Shown one piece after another: positions 11,302 to 23,197 of a stretch of DNA of 46,608 nt. The stretch comes from Octopus bimaculoides. Lineage: Eukaryota. The notes below the pieces were generated by a model, which was given only the letters and a program-made list of their open reading frames with translations, made no database searches and was not told where the DNA came from. The stretch lies in NCBI RefSeq assembly GCF_001194135.2, contig NC_068994.1, forward strand, positions 16,169,850-16,216,457. The letters run 5' to 3'. Both the position numbers and the translations under genes were made by a program. Each line of letters starts with the position of its first letter. Positions within the stretch are counted from its first letter, which is position 1.

Positions 11302-11612
11302 TCCTAAATGGGATTAAGGGTGAGTTATCTTGCCTGTCCATGACTAAGGTGTTTTAACACTGGCAACATGAGAGTTATATACTCCACTACGCCATTGCAG
11401 CTACCGGAAAATATACAAAGCATATACATTAGGATATGTACTTAATACTATTTATTATACTAGAGCTGTTTTTACTTCATATGTAAACATGTTTTTATAG
11501 TTTTCAGGTATCAGTACCATTCCTCACTTCCCCTAACTCTCTGTCGAGAGAGAGAGAGCCTGTGGGCCTTGTCTGAGATAATTTTAAATAAAGAAAAATA
11601 ATTCAAACCTAC

Positions 11613-11722
11613 TTTTGATGCAGAAGTATGCATACTGCTTCCATTACTGTTCTGACAAGTTCAGGAGGATTAGAGAAGACACGTATTTCAGCAATGTCAC
11701 TTTTGTCAAGAGCATCTAAAGC
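11613..11722 (-). CDS. DNAH6: Dynein heavy chain exon (microtubule-binding domain): [36 protein letters not shown](K)
   Basis: Not in the ORF track. taacag acceptor, gtaggt donor; 110 nt; LDK.DI.EIR...PP.LV..VMEAV motif. Confidence 0.95.
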
Positions 11723-12008
11723 CTGTTAGAAATGAATTTAAGTCACAGATAATAAAGAAACTTTGGAAAAGAAAACTAGTGCTTTATACATTACACACAT
11801 ATATATCATCATCATCATCATCATCATTTAATGTCCATTGTCCATGTTGACATGGGTTGGACAGTTTGCCCAGACTCCAGAATGATATATATGCTTTTTT
11901 CTAACTTATATATATACACACATACATATAGTTAAATGTTCTCTTAAACTAGGATCAATAAACCTGACTAATCTGAGTGTCTCTATGGCAAGAAACTATT
12001 AATAGCTC

Positions 12009-12355
12009 TTATTACCTTCACCTTAGCGAAGGTGGAGGTATTGTTTTCAGTCATGTTTGTTTGTTTGCTTGTTTGTCCGTGATATCTCAAGAACTGCTAG
12101 ATGGATTCAGATGAAACTTTCAGAGATATTTGGCCTCATGAATGGCACAAATTAAATAAATTTTGGGATCGATCCGGTACTGAACAAGGTTTCTGGATTA
12201 TTTTTCCGGATTTTTTACTTAATTTATGAGAGTGGTCAGGTTCATTTTTAGTATTCTCTTTTGTGAGAATTTTTTAAAATCATCTCAGGCTAATCGTTGA
12301 GAGGACGTTGGTGTTGCCTCGGCAGAGGTTTGCACTCTCTGAGTGCTCTTGTTTT
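12009..12355 (+). mobile_element. Helentron-associated non-autonomous element (HINE/DINE-like)
   Basis: T-rich ends; 5' palindrome accttcacctt-agcg-aaggtggaggt; (TTTG)n tract; 3' subterminal repeat cctcggcagaggtt followed by hairpin GCACTC-TCT-GAGTGC and tcttgttt. Confidence 0.65.
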
Positions 12356-12590
12356 TAAATACACTGTACATTAAATGATACATTCCTTTTCCTTTTTGTA
12401 GAAAAATGAAAGAGAAAGAGAAAACTATGTATACTAATGATGGAACAACTAGTGCTCATTAGACCTGCTAGAAATCTCCTGAAAATTATGCCATCTAAAA
12501 TTGAAAAAAAAAGGTAAATCACATTGCACAACTTAGTCTTAAATGCGTCATATCAGGAAAAAATGATGGGATGGAAATCCTTTCATCAGA

Positions 12591-12783
12591 CAGGGTGTCC
12601 ACAAAATCATTAAACAAATAGAAAAAATTTATTAAAATTATATTAACTGCAGTCTGAAACATAAACACATAGCATTTAAAAACTTTAATGATAACATATT
12701 AATATGCAACAAAATTTAGTTGCCACCTCTTCTAAATTTTTTATGACTCTTTGAAATTGTCTAAAGACTTTGTGGACACCCTG
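12591..12783. mobile_element. Tc1/mariner-type MITE
   Basis: TIRs cagggtgtccacaaa / tttgtggacaccctg; TA on the right flank (GA on the left). Confidence 0.75.
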
Positions 12784-13313
12784 TATTTTTATTTCATCAG
12801 GGTTGATATGGGGTCAAATAACAACATCAGACTTTATTGAATGAAGTGAAGCAGCATAGAAGTGGTCAGAGCATAACTATACAATGAAATACTTTGACTC
12901 TTAATAAAATGTCATTGCAAAATGTTAATAAATGATTACAGTGAATCTACACTGATGTGATAGTTTCCAATCCAATGAATAATCTCACTTGAAACCACTT
13001 GACAAAGACGTGCCGCTCAGGAATTTAGAGCACAGTTGGTATTAATAGAGGCGTCGCTATTTGGTTAAGAAATCCACTTTGCAGCCATGTCCATGTGATT
13101 TCAACCTCAATTGCATGTCATAGTCTCCTCAACCATAGGCTCAGATTGACTAATGTCTTGCAGTTGGAATTTGGTAGAAGAAAAGAATGCAACGGCACAT
13201 TTCATGCCTGTATGTTTGTGTATATTTTTCAGTAATGTATATCAATGGAAAACATAAATGCTGTTGAGAAAACTGGTCATCTAGTATGTTTTAACAAAGT
13301 CATAATAATAATG

Positions 13314-13351
<38 letters not shown>

Positions 13352-14191
13352 CCTTTCTACTATAGACACAAGGTCTGAAATTTGAGGGGAGGGGGCAGTC
13401 GATTACATCGATACCAGTGCGCAACTGGTACTTAATTTATCGACCCCGAAAGGATGAAAGGCAAAGTCGACCTCAGTGGAATTTGAACTCAGAATGTAGC
13501 AACAGGTAAAATACTGCTAAGCTTTTCATCCAGCATGCTAACAATTCTGCCAGCTCGCCACCTTGATAATAATAACAATAATAATAATNNNNNNNNNNNN
13601 NNNNNNNNNNNNNNNNNNNNNNNNNNNNNNNNNNNNNNNNNNNNNNNNNNNNNNNNNNNNNNNNNNNNNNNNNNNNNNNNNNNNNNNNNNNNNNNNNNNN
13701 NNNNNNNNNNNNNNNNNNNNNNNNNNNNNNNNNNNNNNNNNNNNNNNNNNNNNNNNNNNNNNNNNNNNNNNNNNNNNNNNNNNNNNNNNNNNNNNNNNNN
13801 NNNNNNNNNNNNNNNNNNNNNNNNNNNNNNNNNNNNNNNNNNNNNNNNNNNNNNNNNNNNNNNNNNNNNNNNNNNNNNNNNNNNNNNNNNNNNNNNNNNN
13901 NNNNNNNNNNNNNNNNNNNNNNNNNNNNNNNNNNNNNNNNNNNNNNNNNNNNNNNNNNNNNNNNNNNNNNNNNNNNNNNNNNNNNNNNNNNNNNNNNNNN
14001 NNNNNNNNNNNNNNNNNNNNNNNNNNNNNNNNNNNNNNNNNNNNNNNNNNNNNNNNNNNNNNNNNNNNNNNNNNNNNNNNNNNNNNNNNNNNNNNNNNNN
14101 NNNNNNNNNNNNNNNNNNNNNNNNNNNNNNNNNNNNNNNNNNNNNNNNNNNNNNNNNNNNNNNNNNNNNNNNNNNNNNNNNNNNNNNNNNN

Positions 14192-14550
14192 TTGTCATAG
14201 GTGCCCTGGGAATGACAGCGAAACGGGCTGATTACTACCTAGCTCAGATACCAGGAAACCCCAAAATGGCTGAAGTTCAAAAGATAGTGCTCATGGGAAC
14301 TGCCCATATCCTACGTAAAATACTGTCTATGTGATCTCAAATTTTAAAACAAACACATAATTTTCTCATGGTTTCTTAAACATTCACTAGAACAAAACTG
14401 TACAAATCCAAATATATGGTACCCTAGGCATAACACCTACATGAACTTCTAACTTGTTGTCTCTTGAGGTCTCTGGGTGAGACTTGGATCCAACTTGTAC
14501 AAATGCAAAACAAAAGTCAAACGTAAAATAATAATAATGATAATAATTCT
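14192..14550 (+). mobile_element. 3' end of an R4/Dong-like non-LTR retrotransposon
   Basis: VIGALGMTAKRADYYLAQIPGNPKMAEVQKIVLMGTAHILRKILSM*, then a 3' UTR and (AAT)n tail. (AAT)n also precedes the upstream gap. Confidence 0.75.
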
Positions 14551-15951
14551 TTCTACTAAAGGCACAAGGCCTGAAATTTGGGTTAAGGAGACTAGTTGGT
14601 TACATGAACCCCAGTGTTTCGCTGGTACTTAATTTATCAACCCCAAAAGGATGAAAGGCAAAGTTGACCATGGTGGAATTTGAACTCAGAACGTAATGGC
14701 AGTAGTACTGTTGGCCTCGTGAAACCCAATTTATCCTGTTCTACTGAACTTTATGTAAGAAAATTCTGTTACTTTGTTTGTTTTTTTTTAATCCACTTTA
14801 AATCTAGTTAAGGCTGTTGTGTTTTATTGCTTTGTACATTTTATTCTTAATTTTAATTAAGCTAGTGACCTGGCAGAATCTTTCAGAGAATCAGACAAAA
14901 TGCTTGGCTGCATTTCTTCCAGTTCTTTATATTCAGAGTTCAAATCCCACCGAACTTGACTTTGCTTTTCATCCTTTCAGGGTCAATAAGATAAGTACCA
15001 GTTGACCTTATAGCATTTAAGCTGGCTATATCAGGCCAAAATATTCTCCCTGTTTTATGTTCAAACTGGCCAGATTCAGCCCATCATTCCTATCCCACAC
15101 AATGTCATTCTAAAACTATGGAATCACATCACTGAAATCTCAAAGCTACAAGATAATGCATGATTAATTCAAAACAACATGAATTAACAAGCATTACATT
15201 TGACAGAGTAATCTGAATGTTTAAGGATTAAGCATTGAAGTGGATATCATCAATGTCTGCCTCCGCCTCCTCTAAATTGCTGGCCTTGTGTCAAAACTAG
15301 AAAGAATTATCAACTTAAATTAAAGTGGCAAGCAGACAGAATCACTAGCACATTGAACAGAATGTATTTCTTCCAGCTCTTTGTGTCCTGAGTTCAAATT
15401 TCACTGCAGTCACTCTGCCTTTCATCCTTACGGGTGTCAATAAAATTACCAGTTGAGCACTGACCCTCTACCCCTGAAACTTGTGGCCTCATACCAAAAT
15501 CTGAAACCATTATCAACTCAGATCTAAATAGATATCTAATATATAATGTAAACCAGATATATTAGTTTATTAAATTGAGAAATAGCATGACTTTGAAATG
15601 TAACTTAAACAATATAGGCGCAGGAGTGGCTGTGTGGTAAGTAGCTTGCTTACCAACCACATGGTTCCAAGTTCATTCCCACTGCATGGCACCTTGGGCT
15701 AGTGTCTTCTACTATAGCCTCGGGCCGACCAAAGCCTTGTGAGTGGATTTGGTAGACAGAAACTGAAAGAAGCCCGTCATATATATATATATATATATAT
15801 ATGTTTGTGTGTGTGTGTGTGAGTGTGTGTGTGTGTGTTTATGTGTCTGTGTTTGTCTCCCCAACATCGCTTGACAACCGATGCTGGTGTGTTTATGTCG
15901 CCGTAACTTAGCAATTAAGTAACAGTTGAGTACTGAAATTACTGTAATTAA

Positions 15952-16165
15952 CCCTTTAGCATTTAAACCAGCCATATCCAGGCCAAATATTCTAATTGTT
16001 TTTATCATCAAACTGACCAGATCTGGCCTCTTATACCTATTCTATAATGTCATTCTAAAAATAAACATTCATGTCATCAAAGTATTGCAACTGCAAGGAA
16101 ATGCACGGTTAATTCAAAGCAATGTTAGTAAATAAGCATTACATTTGACAGAATAATGCTTATTT
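15952..16165. mobile_element. piggyBac-like MITE; copies at about 15009-15228 and 33615-34177 (the latter with a nested SINE)
   Basis: TTAA|CCCTTTAGCATT start; the 34177 copy ends aatgcttaaggg; homologous interiors. Confidence 0.65.
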
Positions 16166-16872
16166 AATTAAGGAATCGACTAATTTAGCATTTATACATG
16201 AACAATTCATTTATTTTGTTATATTTTAGTTTATATTGCATTTTATCAAAAGTAGTTCAAGTTAAAAATTTCTGCTGAAGTAGTCATTGACTCACTGCAT
16301 TTACAATGGCGAGAGTAATAAGAAATTGTCAGGGCAACTTAGGCTAAACAGATATCTTAAGGTGTGGCTGTGTGGTAAGAAGTTTGCTTCCCAACCACAT
16401 GGTTTCAGGTTCAGTCCTACTGTGTGGAAGCCTGGGCATCAAACTGGTTAGTTTTATAACGTTGTATGTTCAATAGACCTTAAACAAATTACTTAACCGT
16501 TTTGTTGCCATATTTCTACTGAAATGCACTGCCTTGAATTCAATTAACTTTGAAAATAATGAAGAATTTAGTAAAATAATTCTGTCACAATTAAGCTGTG
16601 TTTGTAATATAATAAATTAACATGATATTTTTACAGGTTTTAATTTAGATCATGGAAAATGTACATCATAGAACCAGGGGGCATCTCAAACAGGCTGGTA
16701 TGAAAAGTGTTAGTCACATTGTACACAATAAAAATTCCTTAGGCAAAACCCTCATGCCCAAATGGGTTACATATCAAAATTGACAACATAGTAAAAGAAA
16801 TCACAAAAATGGTACTTGAATACTAAAGGTAGAATAATATGCTCTTTATTAATGCCAAAAGAAATCTTCAAT

Positions 16873-16915
16873 GACTGCTAATCAGAGTTTCACATTACCA
16901 TTCATCAGACAGCTG
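16873..16915 (-). ncRNA. Strongly degenerate hammerhead-like motif, family c
   Basis: Minus strand: CAGCTGT CTGATGA ATG GTAA TGT GAAA CTCTGAT TAGCAGTC. Core intact, all stems damaged. Confidence 0.4.
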
Positions 16916-17035
16916 TGACCATACTAAAGAGTATGATTACAACTGTCTTTTACATTTTGTTACAGTCATTAGACTGTGGCCATGCTAAAGCACCACCTTG
17001 AGGAATTTTTAGTCGAATGAATTGACTACCAGTAC

Positions 17036-17443
17036 TCTTTTACTCTCTTTTACTCTTTTACTTGTTTCAATCATTTGACTGCGGCCATGCTGGAGCACCG
17101 CCTTTAGTTGAGTAAATCGACCCCAGGACTTATTCTTTGTAAGCCTAGTACTTATTCTATCGGTCTCTTTTGCCAAACTGCTCAGTTACGGGGACGTAAA
17201 CACACCAGCATCGGTTGCCAAGCGATGGTGGGGGGACAAACACAGACACACAAACACACATATATACATATACATATATACTACGGGTTTCTTTCAGTTT
17301 CTGTCTACCAAATCTACTCACAAGGCTTTGGTCGGCCCGAGGCTATAGTAAAAGACACTTACCCAAGGTGCCATGCAGTGGGACTGAACCCGGAACCATG
17401 TGGTTGGTAAGCAAGCTACTTACCACACAGCCACTCCTGCGCC
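17036..17443 (-). mobile_element. Full-length tRNA-derived SINE (family A); other copies at about 15617-15911 (+), 30200-30620 (+), 36640-37035 (-) and 43190-43440 (+)
   Basis: Near-identical to 27644-28090 in the opposite orientation. Confidence 0.88.
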
Positions 17444-18674
17444 TATGTTTTAAATCTGGGACTTATTTTATTGGTCTCTATTGCCAAACCACTAGGTTAC
17501 AGGCACGCAAAGACACCAACAATGGTTGTCAAGCAGTGGTAGAGGAACAAAACCAAACACTAAGGCACACACACACACACACACACATACATACATACAT
17601 TTTCATCTACCAAATCCACTCACAAGATTTTGGTCACCCTGGGGCTATAGTAGAAGACACTTGTTCAAGGTGGCATGCCATGGGACTGGACCAGGAACCA
17701 TGTAGTTGGGAAGCAAGCTTCTTATTTCTTTATGACCCACAGGGGGCTAAACATAGAGGAGACAAACAAGGACAGACAAAGGGATTAAGTCAATTACATC
17801 GACCCCAGTGTGTAACTGGTACTTATTTTATCAACCCCGAAAGGATGAAAGGCAAAGTGGACCTCGGCGGAATTTGAACTCAGAACGTAAAGACAGACGA
17901 AATACCGCTAAGCATTTTGCCCTGCGTGCTAACGTTTNNNNNNNNNNNNNNNNNNNNNNNNNNNNNNNNNNNNNNNNNNNNNNNNNNNNNNNNNNNNNNN
18001 NNNNNNNNNNNNNNNNNNNNNNNNNNNNNNNNNNNNNNNNNNNNNNNNNNNNNNNNNNNNNNNNNNNNNNNNNNNNNNNNNNNNNNNNNNNNNNNNNNNN
18101 NNNNNNNNNNNNNNNNNNNNNNNNNNNNNNNNNNNNNNNNNNNNNNNNNNNNNNNNNNNNNNNNNNNNNNNNNNNNNNNNNNNNNNNNNNNNNNNAGAAA
18201 ACAGGTAATCAATTATAATAGACATCACAAACACCAATTTGAGACAGAATCTTTAAAAAAGACCTTCTAATATCAAAGGGCTTGATGCTCTTTTCTTTCT
18301 CAAATTGATGCTTATCATGCTTAATAACATTCAAATCATCATCATTTAATGTCTGTTTTCCATGCTGGCATGAGTTGGATGGTTTGATCGAAAACAGGCA
18401 AGCTGGGGAGCTGCACCAGGTTCCAATCTGATTTGGCATGGTTTCTACAACTTGATGCCCTTTCTAATGTCAACCACTCTAAGAGTGCAGCGGGTGCTTT
18501 TTATGTGCCCCTGGCAAGGGTGCCAGTTACATTAGCATTAGCTACAACCATGATTTCACTTGATATGAGAGGTCTTCTTGAGCATGGTATATTGCCAATG
18601 GTATTGACCACTTGTCACTGCCCCTGTAAGGGTGCTTTCTTCACATTAATTTATAAGAAGTAATAATACAACAT

Positions 18675-18890
18675 GGGGGTGCATGGCTTAGTGGCTAGGG
18701 TGTTGGACTCATGATTGTAACATTGTGGTTTTGATTCCTGGACTGGGCAACACATTGTGTTCTTGAGCAAAACACTTCATTTCACGTTGCTCCAACCACT
18801 CAGCTGGCAAAAATGAATAATCCTGCAACAGGCTGGCATCCTGTCTAGATGGGGAATATATACACCATGGAAACTGGAAAACTTCCCCCA
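18675..18890 (+). mobile_element. tRNA-derived SINE (family C); copies at about 29790-29990, 32165-32295 (-), 33262-33492 (-) and 34365-34570
   Basis: Head tggcttagtggctagggtg...gattcctggac; core tgtgttcttgagcaaaacacttcatttcacgttgctcca. Confidence 0.8.
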
Positions 18891-20159
18891 ATGAGTATTT
18901 ATGACTTGAGGAGGAACTTCACTTTACTTTTATTTTTATAATACAACAAAATTTACTTCCAGCACAACATTTGCTAACCTTCAACTTTATAAGCTTCAAA
19001 AATCTGCACTTTTGAAAGGAAAGTGTAAAACGAAATAAATATGAAGAAGATGGAAAATATTTCCAAAACTCATAGCAAAATCTCACCTTATCCATGAGCC
19101 ATCATTCTAAGTTATTAAGGGGCCTAGCAAGAAGAAAAAGAGCTATGCCAATGACTTTTCTACAGGGCATATATAATTGGAGGTTACAGATAAAGACTAC
19201 AACTAAAGAACAAATATAGTCCATCTGATGAATTTCTACACAGTTTTAGACTAACTTCAACCACAAGGTTTGGGTCAACCAGAGACTCTGATAGAAGAAA
19301 ATGGCATGTTGGAATTGAACCTAAAATCATGAAATTATCAAGAAACCTTCTTTAAACAGAGAGTCATACAAGCATCTCCAAGCCATGCCTAAGTACATTA
19401 CACTAAAGGTTGACAATTATTATCACTGCATCTTCATTATTAATTTTAAAGACACTGTAGCATAGAAAAGCTTATTTGCAAAGCAATGGCATATTTTATA
19501 CTTATTCTAGGAAAGCAGCAGCATAATATCTGACAGAAGTCATTAACTAAAATTTCTTTTGGTTTAATGAAGATAATTTTAATTGAAACACAATTTCCAT
19601 AGAAATAATTCTTTCAATTAATGGTTGTCTTAAAATTGGTTTCCTGTTATAAACAATTAAAACCTAATTGGTGTCTTTGATAACAAGACAGAGAAAGCAC
19701 CTTCCTGTAGTATCTCTCACATAAAATTTACTATAAAGAAATCAAGTTTTAAGTAAATTAAAATTTAAATTGCACTGAATAAAGTCAACTTTTAAAATTA
19801 ATTGTACTTTCAATTGAATCTATTTCAAATTCTATGCAAAAAAAAAGAAGAAAATTCTAGCTGCTTCCTAAACAGATTAAAATAAAATTCTAGTCATTAA
19901 CTTGGTAAAAAAAAAAAAAGAAATATCAAGTACAGTATTGTTTGATTTAGTACCAAGTACAGTACTGAGTAGCATACTGTGGGCAGTGAAACAATTAGCT
20001 GGACAATTTTAGATGAGCATAGTTTCATGAAATAACTGCCATATATAAAATGACAATGTATTCTACAAATAGTCTAATAATGCAAGATAGAAATAAAGAA
20101 AATTAATAGCATACAAGAAGTATATGCATCCATTGATAATATTACACAGGAGTGATTTT

Positions 20160-20830
20160 CAAGTGCTATTCTGAAAATAACACAAAAGCAAGCATGATGT
20201 TTTAATTAACAGGAAATTCAAATTGCATATGTTGGTAGAGTAACTCTTCTTGTTCTTCTTTGCTGCAAACAAATAATGAGTTGTAAGCCAAAGCAATATG
20301 CCATAACTGAGTTCTTGACAAGGGAAGGGTTCAAGATGTCTGACATCCACAAAAGATTGCAGGTTGGTTACGGAGATGATGTTATTGCCAAGAGCAATGT
20401 ACATAGATGGATGAAGAAGTTTAAAGAATGGGAAACAAGCATTGAAGATACAATGGGAGACCATCAACTGCAACTGCTGACACAAATCACCAATAAATGG
20501 ATGAAAGAATTTGCACTGACTGATAAGTCACAACCCATGAGTTTCCTACACAAATGGACTGTAATCATAATACAAAACAGATGGAGAAAGACTTTGGGTA
20601 TTAGGAAATGTGTGTAAAATGAGTACCTTGACAGCTGATACCTGATTTAAAAGAGAGAAAGGTGTTGTCTGCTCTGATCTGTCAGAATAGTTTAAAGCCA
20701 ATGAAGTCATAATTTTTTTTCAATCTAGTGACAAGAGATGAAACATAGTCATATCTTTACAATTTGGAAAGGAATGTACATTCCATAGTAAATCCCAATG
20801 GGATGTGAGAAATTCTGAAAGATCATGTGA
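20160..20830 (+). pseudogene. Degraded mariner transposase (5' half)
   Basis: KQYAITEFLTREG...IHKRLQVGYGDDVIAKSNVHRWMKKFKEWETSIED (HTH region), then frameshifted remnants of the WVPRQL and VTGDETW motifs. Confidence 0.85.
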
Positions 20831-21546
20831 TCAACAAGAAATAGCAAGCAAATATCCTTTAAATGACACTCTATAATCTTTAGATGTAAATATGAGGTAA
20901 ATAAGAAGTTCGTTTGCATCTTCATGGTTTTGTGTTTATCTGCACCATGCAGTACTGAGGTTGAATTAAGTATATCAGAGCTTTGAGCCAACCAAAGTCT
21001 CTTGAGTATAATTTGGTAGACAAATATTGTGTAGAAGATGGCTGGAGGGACTATTTCTTTTTTTGGCTGGTAATCTTAACCCACAGTCCAGTTTAAAATA
21101 ATCACTCAACTTTTAAATAATCTGCTACAAGCACTTAGGCTAGTGTGGCTGGTTCAAGGATATCTATCTCCTTATTACCCACCAAAGTTGGAGGCTTTAA
21201 AATTTATAGCTGCTGTCCTACCTCCACCAACTTTAGTCATAAATAAATGAAATGGAAAGACATATTAAGCTACTGTAGTCATAGCTACTCCTAAAAAGTC
21301 GGGATGGCCACGGCTGGAACATTTTCAATCATAGCTACGTCTGGTCAATGTTGACTAAAAACTGAACAACCACTACAAGTCACAAGTAAACCCCATTCCC
21401 AGACAACCCTAAGTCAATACAAACTGCCTCCCCATGCTCTGATGACAACTGCTCCTTATTTACTGTTCAACAGCAGAGATCAACAGTTCTTCAAAGTCTC
21501 AATTTGATCACAAAGAATTTCAACTCCTAAATCATTGAATACCTAC

Positions 21547-21727
21547 TTTATCTGCTGCATCTTGATCAACAACCAAGTTTTCAAGTAGTTCTATAGTGTT
21601 TGCAGATTTCTCTTTTAACTCTGGTTCAAGCGCCACCAGTTCTTTCTTCATTCTGTCGACCAAATCATTTGTTTCTTGAATTTTATCCAAACCATTTTGA
21701 ACTTGCTTAAGTCTTTGCCTTAGTTCC
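21547..21727 (-). CDS. DNAH6: Dynein heavy chain exon (stalk CC1): ELRQRLKQVQNGLDKIQETNDLVDRMKKELVALEPELKEKSANTIELLENLVVDQDAADK
   Basis: Not in the ORF track. Polypyrimidine tract plus ccag acceptor, gtaggt donor; 181 nt; NGL.K..ETN..V..MK.EL..LEP motif. Confidence 0.95.
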
Positions 21728-21759
21728 CTGGAGGAGGAAAGGAAAGTGGATTCAATTTA

Positions 21760-21807
<48 letters not shown>

Positions 21808-22559
21808 GTAAAATATAAAGAAAGTCAGGAGGTATGAGATGAACATATTTATCTCACCAGTTGATATCCATACGATTAAGATTATTTCACAGTCAACATC
21901 ATGGTAAAATAGTTTATTTTAGTGTATAATAAATAATATATACATGTTTTGTAGCCTGGTCCACTAAAGAAGTTTTTTTGTGAGTTCTACTGGATTAGTT
22001 AAATCCATATATTAAGCATNNNNNNNNNNNNNNNNNNNNNNNNNNNNNNNNNNNNNNNNNNNNNNNNNNNNNNNNNNNNNNNNNNNNNNNNNNNNNNNNN
22101 NNNNNNNNNNNNNNNNNNNNNNNNNNNNNNNNNNNNNNNNNNNNNNNNNNNNNNNNNNNNNNNNNNNNNNNNNNNNNNNNNNNNNNNNNNNNNNNNNNNN
22201 NNNNNNNNNNNNNNNNNNNNNNNNNNNNNNNNNNNNNNNNNNNNNNNNNNNNNNNNNNNATATATACTACCTGGTAATTCCCAGGGGTAAAGATGTTCTA
22301 TTGAAATGCCTTATTACTCTGATATAAGAAAGCAATTTCGTTATAACTGCCACAAAAGGTGTATTTTCTGTCACGAAAAAGTACAAAAAACTGTCAGTTG
22401 GAGGAGGAAGAGATTGTTGGAGGCTGGCAAGAGAGGTTTTCAGAGTTTGGCGAGAAAGATTGTCGGATGTTGGTGATAGGAAAAGATATTATTCTGCTTA
22501 GCGAAGGCCTCTGGGAAATGTATAACTGCTGTCACTCACAGATATGCGGCCCATATGAC

Positions 22560-22979
22560 ATCAGGACAGTATTCAAAAGTAATACAACACTTGGCAAATA
22601 TCTTCTTCGAGTAAAACCACCAATAGAAGAGAATATGACTGAGAACTGCATCTACTCCATCCCATGCAGCTGTGGTAGGTTATACAGAGGCGAAATATGC
22701 CACCCCCTCAAAAGAAGCGTAGAGGAACATCACAAAGCTGTGACATGGGGAGATATTGATAAATCGAGTATAGCTGATCATGTACGGAAAAATGGAGACC
22801 ACCTCCGCCTGTGGGATGAAGTTAAAATAATAGACAAACAACACCATTGGAAAATACAAAAACTAAAAGAAGCAGCACATATGCTAGGACACAACAACCT
22901 CCTAAGCAGACCGAGTGCAGATATGAACAGCATATGGGAACCAGTATTAAGGAAGGATAGGAAAATATTAGATTTATAA
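22560..22979 (+). pseudogene. Penelope-like element GIY-YIG endonuclease C-terminus
   Basis: RTVFKSNTTLGKYL...CIYSIPCSCGRLYRGE..HPLKRSVEEH...SSIADH...WDEVKIIDK..HWKIQKLKEAAH, typical of the PLE GIY-YIG domain. Confidence 0.9.
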
Positions 22980-23008
22980 GCCCTAGAACTCACTCCATAA
23001 TTGCCCAT

Positions 23009-23082
23009 GGGCATATGGTGTAGTGGGTAAGAGTGCAGGCTGCTAACCCCATGATTCTGAGTTTGATTCCAGGCAGGGACCT
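23009..23082 (+). promoter_or_regulatory. tRNA-like segment with Pol III A and B boxes in the Penelope 3' region
   Basis: A box TGGTGTAGTGG and B box GTTTGATTCC at tRNA spacing; followed by (AAT)n. Confidence 0.65.
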
Positions 23083-23084
23083 GA

Positions 23085-23115
<31 letters not shown>

Positions 23116-23150
23116 CATCGAATGAGAAACCAGGTTCAAAATTTCCCCAA

Positions 23151-23197
23151 GACACCTGACGAAGGCCTGGAAGGTATATCAGCCAAAACATTGTGTT
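23151..23197 (+). ncRNA. Degenerate minimal type-I hammerhead, family d (Penelope pseudo-LTR)
   Basis: GACAC CTGACGA A GGCCTG GAAGGTATAT CAGCC AAAA CA TT GTGTT. Reverting two CpG-type G>A changes gives GAAACGTT with palindromic stem III ACGT. Confidence 0.72.

Noticed and set aside
17215-17877. 220-aa ORF
   Set aside because: Runs antisense through adjacent SINE copies; the same pseudo-peptides recur wherever these SINEs occur.
19087-19123. 37-nt segment on the minus strand with a strong acceptor (ctttttcttcttgctag) and donor (AG|gtgaga), in the intron lacking an exon
   Set aside because: Too short for the missing 42 codons, stops in all three frames, no dynein similarity. A poison exon cannot be excluded but there is no evidence for one.
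22310-22545. Possible inverted 5' piece of the Penelope ORF in front of the GIY-YIG fragment
   Set aside because: Minus-strand translations only vaguely resemble the RT thumb; not supportable without an alignment.
23009-23082. tRNA gene call for this segment and for the SINE heads (e.g. 38225-38295, 27644-27715)
   Set aside because: No complete cloverleaf or acceptor stem; they continue into repeat bodies, so they are SINE- or pseudo-LTR-derived.
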